IMG/VR virus record: IMGVR_UViG_3300031787_000001
Coordinates: 222,786 to 286,785 of that record
Length of the DNA: 64,000 nucleotides
Direction: 5' to 3' (one strand)
The translations under genes and the position numbers were made by a program. The notes beneath the pieces were generated by a model that worked only from the letters and a program-made list of their open reading frames with translations, did not search any database and had not been told where the DNA came from. How positions within the stretch are numbered: position 1 is the stretch's first letter; each line of letters begins with the position of its first letter. Below, piece after piece: positions 50,901-62,441 of the stretch.

Positions 50901-52555
50901 ATACCAAAAAGAGCGGCCGTCACAAATTCTTTTATAAATAAAGAAATCACGTTACCGATATATTCAATAAAATTTAATACCGTTAAAATGAAAAATTGAA
51001 ATCTATGATTTCTAACCGCATCGTTTACAGGAAAATAATTATTAACATTTTCACAATCATCTTTTTCTTGTGGCCAGTTTTCTTTAATACCAATAAAAGA
51101 TTCTCTTCTATCCTTTTTAAAAAAACTAAATGCCCTTTCTAATGCACTTGTTTTATAATATTTGTTTATAAATTCACTAACGGTGTATATTCTACCGTAT
51201 CTAAATTGGTAAAAATAGTCTTGTGGAACCCCGTAGTTATCACTAGTAATTGCGTCCACACTTGTTCCGGCAATTTCTTTTCTTGCGTCAGGAGGATAAT
51301 CATCAATATTAGTACTAAATGAATATGATCTACTATCAATTGTTGTTGGTGATCCTTGAAAACTTGTATCACCTATATGATATTCCCTAACATTTGGTAC
51401 TAAGAATTTACCCGTAAATCTATTTCTAGCACCAGTATCTTCAGTCAATGAAAAACGAAATCTATAATTACCTTGTGTGGCAATACCGATATTCTTGTCA
51501 TTTGTTTCATAATATTCACCAAACTCATTTGTGGCAATATATTTCATATTCATTGGTATTCTAAAAAAGAATACACCATTCTCATCTATTGTACTATCTA
51601 TATCAAAAAATTCAAGTATTGGTCTGTCTATATTTGGTGATCCGTCAGGATTTTTCTCATAATTTCCAGTAAATCTAATTGATTCGACATCACCTTTGAA
51701 TGTTATCAATCTACATTTTTCACCCATTTGGTTGTCAACGTTACAGTTCACCCTTAACGCATCTTTACCTGAATCGGTAAAACTACCTCCCGCAATTATT
51801 GCATACGGGTCAATTCTTACTCCTTGAGAAGATAAATCAAAATCAACTCTAGTGATTGCAATTTGACATAACTCTTGGTTGCCCCAAAAAGGATAAACCT
51901 CAATAGATTTATCATAACTAACAATTTGTGGTAAAGAATCAATATCCGACGCACTTTTATATGTGTATTTATTTACGAATTTTTCTTCAGATATACCATC
52001 GTAAATAAAATCATATGGTACTAATGATTGACATCCCGCATCAGACATATCTAGGTCAATATGTAATGTTTGGTTACCTAATGGTACCCCCCATATCATA
52101 AAATCACCCGCTTCATTTGTTTTTACGGTGTACCTATAATATTTTTCAAAAACCTCTAAAACTTCCTCTCTATTTAAGATGTCAGATTGATCAGGAAATG
52201 TACCTGTTGGTACGTGTCCTGTATGTTGTTTTCTAGCCGGTAATAGGTTATATCTATAATTTGAATCGTTTCTTTGATCTATTGATCTATAAGGATACAA
52301 CTCAGATAAAACAGGATCATTTTCATCAACATCTGATATTGGTACAAAAATAGAAACTCTGGCATTTGGGAGACCAAAACCATTATTAACCGATATTCTA
52401 CCAACAACAACACCATAATCACCACAAAATGATGAGTAAGCCTCTTGTTGTGAAAATTTTAAAGATAGTATTTCTAGTAAATCGTAGTCTTGTTTTAATT
52501 CTACGGTTATTTTTTGATCTACACCTATGTCTGTATAAATTCTATGTTTTTGCAT
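47954..52555 (-). CDS. Large baseplate-associated structural protein
   Basis: 1533 aa after gp6. N-terminal Ig/carboxypeptidase-regulatory-like segment (GRISVNNGFGLPNARVSIF, KTNEAGDFMIWGVPLG) and Cys-rich repeats. Confidence 0.7.
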   Translation of the reverse strand: MQKHRIYTDIGVDQKITVELKQDYDLLEILSLKFSQQEAYSSFCGDYGVVVGRISVNNGFGLPNARVSIFVPISDVDENDPVLSELYPYRSIDQRNDSNYRYNLLPARKQHTGHVPTGTFPDQSDILNREEVLEVFEKYYRYTVKTNEAGDFMIWGVPLGNQTLHIDLDMSDAGCQSLVPYDFIYDGISEEKFVNKYTYKSASDIDSLPQIVSYDKSIEVYPFWGNQELCQIAITRVDFDLSSQGVRIDPYAIIAGGSFTDSGKDALRVNCNVDNQMGEKCRLITFKGDVESIRFTGNYEKNPDGSPNIDRPILEFFDIDSTIDENGVFFFRIPMNMKYIATNEFGEYYETNDKNIGIATQGNYRFRFSLTEDTGARNRFTGKFLVPNVREYHIGDTSFQGSPTTIDSRSYSFSTNIDDYPPDARKEIAGTSVDAITSDNYGVPQDYFYQFRYGRIYTVSEFINKYYKTSALERAFSFFKKDRRESFIGIKENWPQEKDDCENVNNYFPVNDAVRNHRFQFFILTVLNFIEYIGNVISLFIKEFVTAALFGIAEAIASSGVSNDAAARTFRRGKEFQFTNIFRLQLLVYPDCYDCNEDNEETPVQTPPVAPTADDYKNKPPVATNFTVEEKYEIRRNTDICRKYVFRNYSSSACTLTYIDCDDVSRTIYLPVEENPSNGIEVCAKKGQTITIPPGFGSQVTATQQSPGAYCSGNADDSLYFTYPCDAYTFKNIGLSAFTINNFVDCNNASGNTITVPTGTSGNTFVFCAKRGQSFTIPPQFTGVTYTTSSTSAYCNRCGGTGIDVFSNYTGSTVDGAIMNRKYLLEITPLIGTDPQYIFIGCGTNYPIIYSGQYGRWKVGGGVYSVLASFLADETNTRYDTPIQNSVHEDHGCVFPISKLIYVEDCSDVSAPDPNLPSGIEEEGCNKYDFIIDTKWTEDGGGGSMNLQAFVFPLYNGGTPLQEYAAARNVLMGCRPGDCYPTNSSTYNVGCISNGSIGAGTSLWDQLDGNYSTNILQSHPDPCFSGVPCNVGAVASIYAKWPTDPNGGFRNATTRCIVNGAYAGEVKKKGPYYCDQGLTQRGTLSGYSEFRDGVYSIVPLAGNTFTMLKSFRRRKLFHKLMCGGVVSYTFNDSWLLGSLYFFQFMKRGSNRFCKECVYKVQDATGLHFYYRSTPYSPSYSASETQYDYDPATGTQLGVNTSLTSDYANKTKGFYGQVRAIDYGANFSTPLPFMNLIGDLFNGLNYKREINFPTTIIDLGPRNTWINEICTDPELDVNCSISRSIGATSYKGLDDLMEYIVQSKEIKERGKLDVQDLFDARANGLIDGDIAQLMNFNTQSGIFPFEYEESFSPYTAQYSTVFDGKGPVGLDFVFSEDDPDTVTFERAGELIRKCLNEPTRLGDVSQRVPYYMWDTIGHGFGESTTGNIGSDEGQSYYSGKIYNQKIQLMKGNMNPDPNANPLDDDYFDPYVLPPIRDCIDAGSGEKKYNDNYKEHTVNGVKRHTMEIGIPFHYYFGLRKGKTAFDKFIEFYGPF

Positions 52556-52612
52556 AATTCTTATAATAAATAGAAACTAGTTGATTTTCTATTAATATAA
52601 AGAAAAATGTTT

Positions 52613-54445
52613 TTAGTATGTAGTCGAACCTAATGTTTTTACCCTAACTTTTATATCTTTATTTGGGAATCTTATTTGATATATTTGATTTGCTTTCATA
52701 AAGATGGTTTTATCGGATTGTAGAATTTCCCTTGTTACATCATCTACATACGGTTGTGAAACCTCAGCAGTGGAATATTCTCCCCCTAATAAGTTAAATG
52801 CTCTAATATCAACAACATTTATTACACCGTTTACATTACCAAGTTCTTTAAATAGATCACCCAAAAATAAAGGGTCTCCCATTTTTCTACCATCTATACT
52901 AAATGAAGTAATTGTTTTATTTATTGTTTCTTTAATTACTTCTGTCTTGTTTACGTTCTTATCTATGATTAAGTCTATTTCTAAACCCAAATCTATTACT
53001 TGACCACTAACAATATCGATGTAATCATTTATCATTCTAAATTCAGATAAATAATTTAAAATATTATTTTTTAATGTATTGGAGACGATATCAATTAAAT
53101 TACCTCTATCATCATATGATAATAATTTAATTCTAACTTTATTATCTTCTTCCATAACTTCAACTTTGGCGGGTGCCCCATATGTGGATGGCATTGTTTC
53201 AATCAAAGATTTATAGTCATTTAAAGTGACCGCCCTATTTTGTGCGGCAAAATTATATGCAATTAAATTTCTTAATTCTTCTATTGTTGGTTGATCGGAA
53301 CCGCCAACAGCCGGTGTTATATTAGTTACGTTTAATGTGTTAATAACTTGATTATTAATTGTACTATTTGGACCATTAACATTGAATTCCACTTCATCAA
53401 CACTGTTTATTACATTTACACCGAGATTAGTACTTTTACCACCACCAATTCTATATTTTACAAATAATGTTGTCCCAACCTTGGGTAATGCACCTAATGA
53501 AAGATTATTTAGATAAACACCTAAATTTACTTTCATATTATTAGTCATAAAATTATCTAAATTATCTAATGGATCAACATTTCCAGACCCAAACGTTAAC
53601 GAAAAATAACCCTCTGGTGTATATTCCGTAACAAACTTGTTAGTTACATTTATATAATTTCCTGCTTTAAAATTATCTCTATCAGATACAGATGTTGGAT
53701 CGGGAACAAAAACTTTATCTTCAATTAGTGATTTAACCTCATACCATTTATTTGTTGACGTATTAAATTCACCAGAATTTGGATTGGATGAGAAACTAGT
53801 TCCTTCTTTGTGTATTACTGCAGTAACACCCAAAACATTTTGTTCGGGTAAATAAAGTTTTAAAAATGGTTTTTGATCTAACTCATTTATGACTCTTCTA
53901 AAAATTCTTGAAACACCATTAACAACTGGTTCTCTTTTAACGATTGTATATGATACTAACTGATTATTTGCATCAAAGTTTGGTATTTTCAATCTATTTG
54001 GTTCACCTCTATTATTAAACGGATTTGAAAAATCAATATCGTCAATAGTTTCAAATACCTGTCCCCCACCAGAAACTTGTGCACCCCCTTTTAAAATACC
54101 TTCATATCTTTCATCTTCTTTATCACCTCTAACTGGAACTGTTATTGAAAAATCACACAACGCAACCGAAGGTCTATTTCCAGGTATTTTTAAACCATAT
54201 GTTTTAGCAATGAAAAATAGAGATTGTCTTTGTTGTGCAAAATCCAACATTGTTTCTTGCCAAACTCTATCAATGTGAAAATGTAGGTTATCTGCAACAG
54301 CCGCATTTATATCTAATAAAACAGAATATATAGATGCGTCGTTAGTGTTCTTAATTAGATCGGGATAATAATCTTTGGTCATTCTAACCAATTCTTCTCT
54401 TAAACCAGCGAAATCCCTTGTTGCGTATGATATTTTTTTTGCCAT
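52613..54445 (-). CDS. Baseplate wedge protein (T4 gp6 / baseplate J-like)
   Basis: RDFAGLREEL, ETMLDFAQQRQS..IAKTYG, AQNRAVTLNDY. Confidence 0.85.
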   Translation of the reverse strand: MAKKISYATRDFAGLREELVRMTKDYYPDLIKNTNDASIYSVLLDINAAVADNLHFHIDRVWQETMLDFAQQRQSLFFIAKTYGLKIPGNRPSVALCDFSITVPVRGDKEDERYEGILKGGAQVSGGGQVFETIDDIDFSNPFNNRGEPNRLKIPNFDANNQLVSYTIVKREPVVNGVSRIFRRVINELDQKPFLKLYLPEQNVLGVTAVIHKEGTSFSSNPNSGEFNTSTNKWYEVKSLIEDKVFVPDPTSVSDRDNFKAGNYINVTNKFVTEYTPEGYFSLTFGSGNVDPLDNLDNFMTNNMKVNLGVYLNNLSLGALPKVGTTLFVKYRIGGGKSTNLGVNVINSVDEVEFNVNGPNSTINNQVINTLNVTNITPAVGGSDQPTIEELRNLIAYNFAAQNRAVTLNDYKSLIETMPSTYGAPAKVEVMEEDNKVRIKLLSYDDRGNLIDIVSNTLKNNILNYLSEFRMINDYIDIVSGQVIDLGLEIDLIIDKNVNKTEVIKETINKTITSFSIDGRKMGDPLFLGDLFKELGNVNGVINVVDIRAFNLLGGEYSTAEVSQPYVDDVTREILQSDKTIFMKANQIYQIRFPNKDIKVRVKTLGSTTY

Positions 54446-54446
54446 C

Positions 54447-54896
54447 TTATATGTTAATAATTATAAAGTCGGAAGACGAAAATGTACCATTATTTACAGT
54501 ATAGTCTATTTTTACTTTTGCGGTATATGGTTTTGTAGAATAATCGGAAACTCTAAATAGTCTATTGTCTTCATCCTCCATTGATGCAATTGGTCTATCA
54601 GGATCATCTTCACCAGACATTATTTTTATTGAGTTTATATCCAAATTTGGTATATATTTTCTAACACTTTCTCTAATTTCATCTTCAATTAAATTATATG
54701 CAACTATATCATTTTGATCAAAAATGTATTCATATAATCTAGTACCAAAGTCGGGTAAATAATATCTACTACCCTTCCTTGTTAATAGAAGATGTAATAA
54801 ATTTGCTCTCACCTCTTTTTCGGTAGTTTCGGTCATTCTTAAAAAATCACCTTTTCTACTATCTCTAAATGGATAATCTATACCATATGTCGCCAT
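54447..54896 (-). CDS. Baseplate wedge protein (T4 gp25-like)
   Basis: NLLHLLLTRKGSRYYLPDFGTRL; likely start MATYG at 54896. Confidence 0.88.
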   Translation of the reverse strand: MATYGIDYPFRDSRKGDFLRMTETTEKEVRANLLHLLLTRKGSRYYLPDFGTRLYEYIFDQNDIVAYNLIEDEIRESVRKYIPNLDINSIKIMSGEDDPDRPIASMEDEDNRLFRVSDYSTKPYTAKVKIDYTVNNGTFSSSDFIIINI

Positions 54897-54899
54897 GTT

Positions 54900-54907
54900 T
54901 ATAAATA
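54900..54907 (-). promoter_or_regulatory. Putative late promoter motif TATTTAT(A) on the coding strand
   Basis: Recurs shortly upstream of starts at 746-753, 5252-5259, 7835-7842, 12704-12710, 16558-16565, 18076-18083, 25065-25072, 27959-27965, 30074-30080, 43032-43038, 52566-52572, 54900-54907 and 63663-63670. Confidence 0.65.
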
Positions 54908-54933
54908 TAATGAATATTAAAATGGTAATAAAT

Positions 54934-54960
54934 AAAAAATCGCAACATATGTTGCGATTT
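54934..54960 (-). terminator. Intrinsic terminator ending the replication operon
   Basis: Perfect palindrome aaatcgcaacatatgttgcgattt followed by a U tract on minus. Confidence 0.75.
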
Positions 54961-54967
54961 AAAATTT

Positions 54968-57509
<2,542 letters not shown>

Positions 57510-57539
57510 CTCTGTTTTTAATTTATGTTTTGTTTATTA

Positions 57540-58916
57540 TTATTTTTTAACCATCTCCTGTCTCTTCAAAAAGGCTTCTTTGGCTCTATTTTGATTGTTC
57601 TGTACCTTTTGTTCTTCATGACCCAAAAGTGTATTCTGAGACTCTGTATCGATAAGTAAGAATTGATTATCGAATTTACAGTTTTGGAACACAACACCAT
57701 CTTTACCTATACGAGATTTAAGTAATGTTAATGTTGCTAAATTATGTTCCTTTTGTTCTAATGTTTTACCTATTGAAATGATAACGTGACCTATCTGAGC
57801 CTTTTTAATTGATCCACCCATTTGATCTGTTGTTACTACTTCAGATGATATCGATCCCCTATTACCTTGAGTGGCGGTCCAAATAACAATATCGAATTCT
57901 GTAGTCATGGCTTCTAAACTTCTCATTATAGAACCTTCTCCTTTCCATTCTTCCCCATTTGCAGATCTTTCAGGTGAGATACAATCAACATAATCAATAA
58001 CCAATAAATCAATATTAAAACCTTCAGATTTGAACTTTCTTATTTTAGATTTTATTTCACCTATTGTAATATTATCACTCGGTAGTTTTAATATTTTAAT
58101 TTGACCTTTGGTATTTTCATTAACCTCATTAATTTTTTCAATAACTTCTTTTTCATTATCCGGTTGATCATCAGGTGCAATACCTGTCCAAATAGTATAG
58201 TGTTTTCTTTTAATGTTATTTACATTATCTTCGAAAACTATTTGAAGAACATTGAAACCGTATATATATGCAGTGTTAGATATTTTCGTAAGTATTGTTG
58301 TTTTACCTGTACCTGTTGGTGCTAAAACAACTCCAAGTTCACCTCTACCTAAACCACCTTTCAATAAATTATCGATACCATGAATACCGGTTGGAATTGG
58401 ATGTCTATAGTCTTTTTTAAGAGCATCTTCAATGTTATCCAAAACATCTTCAACATCATCATTGGTTATACCAACTTGTAATGCCTTTTGAATGATATGT
58501 TCGATTTTTGAATATTCCTCAAAATTACCATTCTCAATAATGTTTGTTACCGTTTTTAATTCTCTTTTTAAATTCTGTTGTTTACAAAAATTAAGTGCGG
58601 TATCTTTCACATACATTATATCATCTTCGGTACTGTTTTTAATATTTTCTAATGTGTCGATATGAATTTTACCATTATCTTTATTTGTGTGTTCACCCAT
58701 TATTTTTTGGGCCAAAGTATTGTAATTAGGTATTTTACTATAAGTTCTATGTAATTCTTTTAAATTTTCCATGATATACTTAAAAGAATTATTATCAAAA
58801 TACTTACTTTCTATAACATCAATAATTGTATCTCCATATTTTTTATCTTCTATAATTGCTTTTATTAACGATTGTTGAAACGATGACCCTAGATGTCCAA
58901 AATTTTTTTCCTTCAT
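57540..58916 (-). CDS. dnaB: Replicative helicase (DnaB / T4 gp41-like)
   Basis: APTGTGKT, LLVIDYVD, WTATQGNR, LLKSRIG. Confidence 0.92.
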   Translation of the reverse strand: MKEKNFGHLGSSFQQSLIKAIIEDKKYGDTIIDVIESKYFDNNSFKYIMENLKELHRTYSKIPNYNTLAQKIMGEHTNKDNGKIHIDTLENIKNSTEDDIMYVKDTALNFCKQQNLKRELKTVTNIIENGNFEEYSKIEHIIQKALQVGITNDDVEDVLDNIEDALKKDYRHPIPTGIHGIDNLLKGGLGRGELGVVLAPTGTGKTTILTKISNTAYIYGFNVLQIVFEDNVNNIKRKHYTIWTGIAPDDQPDNEKEVIEKINEVNENTKGQIKILKLPSDNITIGEIKSKIRKFKSEGFNIDLLVIDYVDCISPERSANGEEWKGEGSIMRSLEAMTTEFDIVIWTATQGNRGSISSEVVTTDQMGGSIKKAQIGHVIISIGKTLEQKEHNLATLTLLKSRIGKDGVVFQNCKFDNQFLLIDTESQNTLLGHEEQKVQNNQNRAKEAFLKRQEMVKK

Positions 58917-58928
58917 AATAGTTTTTTA

Positions 58929-59375
58929 TTAAAGTTCGTATTGTAAATAAGTTGTTTCTGGTTGAGACATTGACAGAATTTCAGTCAAATCTGACAAAAT
59001 TACTTTTAGTCTTGGTCTAATATCAACCGTGTACCTAACCTTTGGATGATAGTAGTGAGCCGGAAACATTCTTTGAATAAATACATCGTCACCGAGCTTA
59101 ATTTGGATTAAAAAATATTCTTCTAGCTTCTCATTGATATCTTCCACATTATCGGAATTCAAAAAATAATTTTGATTTTCACATAGATAATCGGAACTTT
59201 TTATTTTTAAATCTTCAGAAATTTTATCTGAAATTTCTTTTACATAATAATGTAAATCCATTGATCTCATTGCCTTCGGATTATGATCTTTTACGTTAAA
59301 GTACCTTTGACAGATAATGTTTTTACCTAATGTCATTAAAAACTCAAATTTTGTGATTTCTTGATTGTTAGTCAT
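58929..59375 (-). CDS. Hypothetical protein (replication block)
   Basis: 148 aa between the exonuclease and helicase genes. Confidence 0.7.
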   Translation of the reverse strand: MTNNQEITKFEFLMTLGKNIICQRYFNVKDHNPKAMRSMDLHYYVKEISDKISEDLKIKSSDYLCENQNYFLNSDNVEDINEKLEEYFLIQIKLGDDVFIQRMFPAHYYHPKVRYTVDIRPRLKVILSDLTEILSMSQPETTYLQYEL

Positions 59376-60387
59376 GATTTTTGATTTTGATTATTCTTTT
59401 ATTTTTTTCTTTTCTGGTTAATCTTAGGAAAGGATTGAAAAATATTGTCCACGCATCGTCTCTTTTTGGTAATACCTGAAATAGACCATCTTCCATCATC
59501 ATTTTTATGGTATTTTTATATGATCTACCTTCAGGATCTAATGTTCCATCAATTAACGATTGTATGTCTTCTATTGCTTCTTCGGTTAAAAATGGTTGAT
59601 CTAAACTAACTACTTTGGTATTTAATTCGTAGAACTCTTCTTCTAAAATACCTTTTTTAGTTACCCCACCTAATAAGTTTAATATTGTTTTATTATTCTT
59701 ATCATTTTCAAAAAGAATATTAGTTTTTTCTCTAATTTCTTCTATTGTAACTGGTATGTGTTTGATCTCAGGAAATATAGATATTAATTTTTTAATTCCA
59801 AAATTTCTGATACCAAAAACATTATCGGACGAATCTCCACATAGTATTTTAGCGATCTTTACATTTTTAATGTGGATCTCCTCTTTCAAGTAAAGAATAG
59901 TGTCATTCTCTTTGTATAATTTACCGTGACCCGGATTGTAAATTATTGTACTATCGGAAACCAATTGAGTTAAATCTCCGTCTGAAGAATAAATAATCTT
60001 TTTTTCTTTGGGTGAATTTTGAGTATAATAAGCAATACAGTCATCAGTTTCACAAAAATCATACTGACCCTGTCTAACATATATCTCTTCAAGATATTGT
60101 TTTATTCTGTTTCTTTGATAATTGTATGAACTTATTTCCTCTTCTGATCTTAATCTAGACTTTCTGTTTTCTTTATACCCTTCGTATATACGTTTACGTT
60201 GAATTGCACCATCTTCACCATCCCAAAAAACGACTATCTTTTCTAAATTATATGTCTCAAAAGATTTTCTAAGTGTATTAAGAAAATGATAGATACCTCC
60301 AATGTGTTGACCCTTGTAGAAGTAATTTTTAACACCGTAGAAACCAATTGTAAGTAAATTGTCACCATCAACAAGTAAGGTTGACAT
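59368..60387 (-). CDS. 5'-3' exonuclease (PolA N-domain / T4 RNase H-like)
   Basis: LLVDGDNL, VFWDG, YKENR, ETDDCIA, SSDGDLTQL, GDSSDNVFGI. Confidence 0.92.
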   Translation of the reverse strand: MSTLLVDGDNLLTIGFYGVKNYFYKGQHIGGIYHFLNTLRKSFETYNLEKIVVFWDGEDGAIQRKRIYEGYKENRKSRLRSEEEISSYNYQRNRIKQYLEEIYVRQGQYDFCETDDCIAYYTQNSPKEKKIIYSSDGDLTQLVSDSTIIYNPGHGKLYKENDTILYLKEEIHIKNVKIAKILCGDSSDNVFGIRNFGIKKLISIFPEIKHIPVTIEEIREKTNILFENDKNNKTILNLLGGVTKKGILEEEFYELNTKVVSLDQPFLTEEAIEDIQSLIDGTLDPEGRSYKNTIKMMMEDGLFQVLPKRDDAWTIFFNPFLRLTRKEKNKRIIKIKNHD

Positions 60388-60417
60388 TAATGTTCATATT
60401 ATTAGTTAAAAATATTG

Positions 60418-61425
60418 TTACCCTTCAATTTCATCATCGTATTGAGAAAATGTTTCCGTCAATTTAAAATCACCTCCACCTAATTTATTAGTCCAATATG
60501 TGGAATATTTTTCCTTATATTCTTCAAGTGATTCTTTTGTGTCAGGAATGTATCCATTGTGTACCGCAATGATTTTACCATCTTTGTACCCCAAACCATT
60601 AACGTGATTTTTAAGTATTGAGATTTTTGTTCTAATTGCGTAAGAAACTTTTCTGCCATCTTTAGTTGCATCAATATGATTGATCCCCGCTTTCTTTTGA
60701 TTACCAAATAAGAATACTAATGATGACGCTAACCATAATGCTTCCCCACCTTTAGCCTTAATTTCCGGTTGACCAAATGGATTGTCGGGTAACTCAACCC
60801 ATGGTTGGTTTACAACAACTAAAGTATTGATTAATGGGTTTTCTGCGGTTGGGTAATCTTCTTTTTTAGATTTGGAAATTCTTGAATGAATACCCATACC
60901 AATTTTATCAGATAATACCGATGCGTTGTGTTGTTTACCACCTTTACCATCAAATGTCATCTTACAAGGTATTGATCCAATAGAATCCCATAGAAAACAT
61001 ATAGACCTATCAATTTCACCTTTTTCTTGTGCATCTAATACCTCATTAATAAACTCTGTTGCTTGTTCAATATAATCAAAACTATCATTAAAGATAAAAT
61101 CACCATCCCATTCACCATTACTATCTTTTTCAGCTTTTAATCCTAACTCGACAGCATGATCCCAACTCCATTTTTTTTCTGTAATAATGAATACAGGTAA
61201 GTGACCTTTCTTTTGAGCGTCTGCTGCCGTTAATACAAGTGCAGTTGTCTTAGATGAATTCGAATGTCCTAAAAACATATTAACACCACCCATAACAGGA
61301 CCGGGTAATCCGCAAGCGTTCATAAAGGCCTCACCACAATAATAGAAATTTGTTTCCTTATATTTGGTTTTTGAAGAGAATTTCTCTTTGTAATTAAATT
61401 CTTTTTTCTTTATACTTTTTGCCAT
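60418..61425 (-). CDS. uvsX: RecA/UvsX-like recombinase
   Basis: GHSNSSKTT P-loop, FIITE, LWDSIG, VVNQ, KGGEAL, KNHV. Confidence 0.85.
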   Translation of the reverse strand: MAKSIKKKEFNYKEKFSSKTKYKETNFYYCGEAFMNACGLPGPVMGGVNMFLGHSNSSKTTALVLTAADAQKKGHLPVFIITEKKWSWDHAVELGLKAEKDSNGEWDGDFIFNDSFDYIEQATEFINEVLDAQEKGEIDRSICFLWDSIGSIPCKMTFDGKGGKQHNASVLSDKIGMGIHSRISKSKKEDYPTAENPLINTLVVVNQPWVELPDNPFGQPEIKAKGGEALWLASSLVFLFGNQKKAGINHIDATKDGRKVSYAIRTKISILKNHVNGLGYKDGKIIAVHNGYIPDTKESLEEYKEKYSTYWTNKLGGGDFKLTETFSQYDDEIEG

Positions 61426-61444
61426 TTCTTAAAATTTTTTAGAT

Positions 61445-61496
61445 AAAAAAACATGGACACCTACTTGGACATTGTGTCTATGTAAGTGTCCATGTT
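61445..61496 (-). terminator. Long hairpin / intrinsic terminator between SSB and UvsX
   Basis: aacatggacac (61450-61460) pairs with gtgtccatgtt (61486-61496); U tract on minus. Confidence 0.65.
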
Positions 61497-61503
61497 CATT
61501 AAA

Positions 61504-62340
61504 TTAGAACGGTAACTCTGAATCTACATCTTCACTATCTTGAAGATCGGGAGTAGATGATTTCGATACACCGATGGTTTCTTCTGCGGTAGAATCGGAT
61601 ACCCATTTTTTACTATCAGAATCCCATCTTGGGGTCTCACCTTTTGCAACCATTTCAAGATATTCTACAGGTTTTTTAGAATAAACATCAGACCAAACCA
61701 ATTCATCATTAATCCATTCTTGAGCGATTGATTCATCACTGTGTAATGGTCCCACGTCTTCGGGGATCACAGAACTAACCGCCGTATATTCTTTACCATT
61801 ACCTGATTTTGTAAGTGACAATGTCACGATCAAGTCACGACCTTTTTGTGGATCAGTGATATCTCCCTTGTTTCTCCAAATAGGAATAATTTTGTCCAAT
61901 ACCCCCTCACCTTTTATGTTATTTTTAAATCTCCAAAATTTAACACCGTCTTGTTCGTTTTCTCTGTCAATAACTTTAACAATGTAGAATTTTTTTGACC
62001 TGTATTGTCTTGCTAATTCTTTATCAGAAGCAACACCACTCATATTTAATCCTTCAGCAACTTCATTTAATGGTGAACGATCACCATCTTGTGCTGGATC
62101 ATATAATTTAAGCCAATTACCATCAACTTGAAGTTCGTGGAACTTTACTTCAACAAATGGAGAAGAACCATCCTTTGTTGGGAGGATACGAATTCTTTTT
62201 TCTTGTGTTTTAACACCTTTAGGTAAGACAGTCGTGAAATACTTTTTCATTCTGTCTTCTTGTGATACTTTGTTTGAGTTGCCACTTGTGGCTTGTTTGT
62301 TTTTCTCGTACTGCGCAAGTACTGAATCTAATGTAGACAT
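61504..62340 (-). CDS. Single-stranded DNA-binding protein (T4 gp32-like)
   Basis: IRILP, FYIVKVIDRE..GVKFW, DITDPQKGRDL, acidic tail ending DSELPF. Confidence 0.85.
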   Translation of the reverse strand: MSTLDSVLAQYEKNKQATSGNSNKVSQEDRMKKYFTTVLPKGVKTQEKRIRILPTKDGSSPFVEVKFHELQVDGNWLKLYDPAQDGDRSPLNEVAEGLNMSGVASDKELARQYRSKKFYIVKVIDRENEQDGVKFWRFKNNIKGEGVLDKIIPIWRNKGDITDPQKGRDLIVTLSLTKSGNGKEYTAVSSVIPEDVGPLHSDESIAQEWINDELVWSDVYSKKPVEYLEMVAKGETPRWDSDSKKWVSDSTAEETIGVSKSSTPDLQDSEDVDSELPF

Positions 62341-62385
62341 GCTTTAAAATTTAAATGTTTATAAAATGATTATGATAAAATATAA

Positions 62386-62414
62386 ATAAAAAAAACCAGA
62401 TTCGGAAATCTGGT
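62386..62414 (-). terminator. Intrinsic terminator
   Basis: accagatt-cgga-aatctggt stem with a U tract on minus. Confidence 0.7.
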
Positions 62415-62441
62415 CTTAGTTTTTTTTAAAAAAAAATTATT

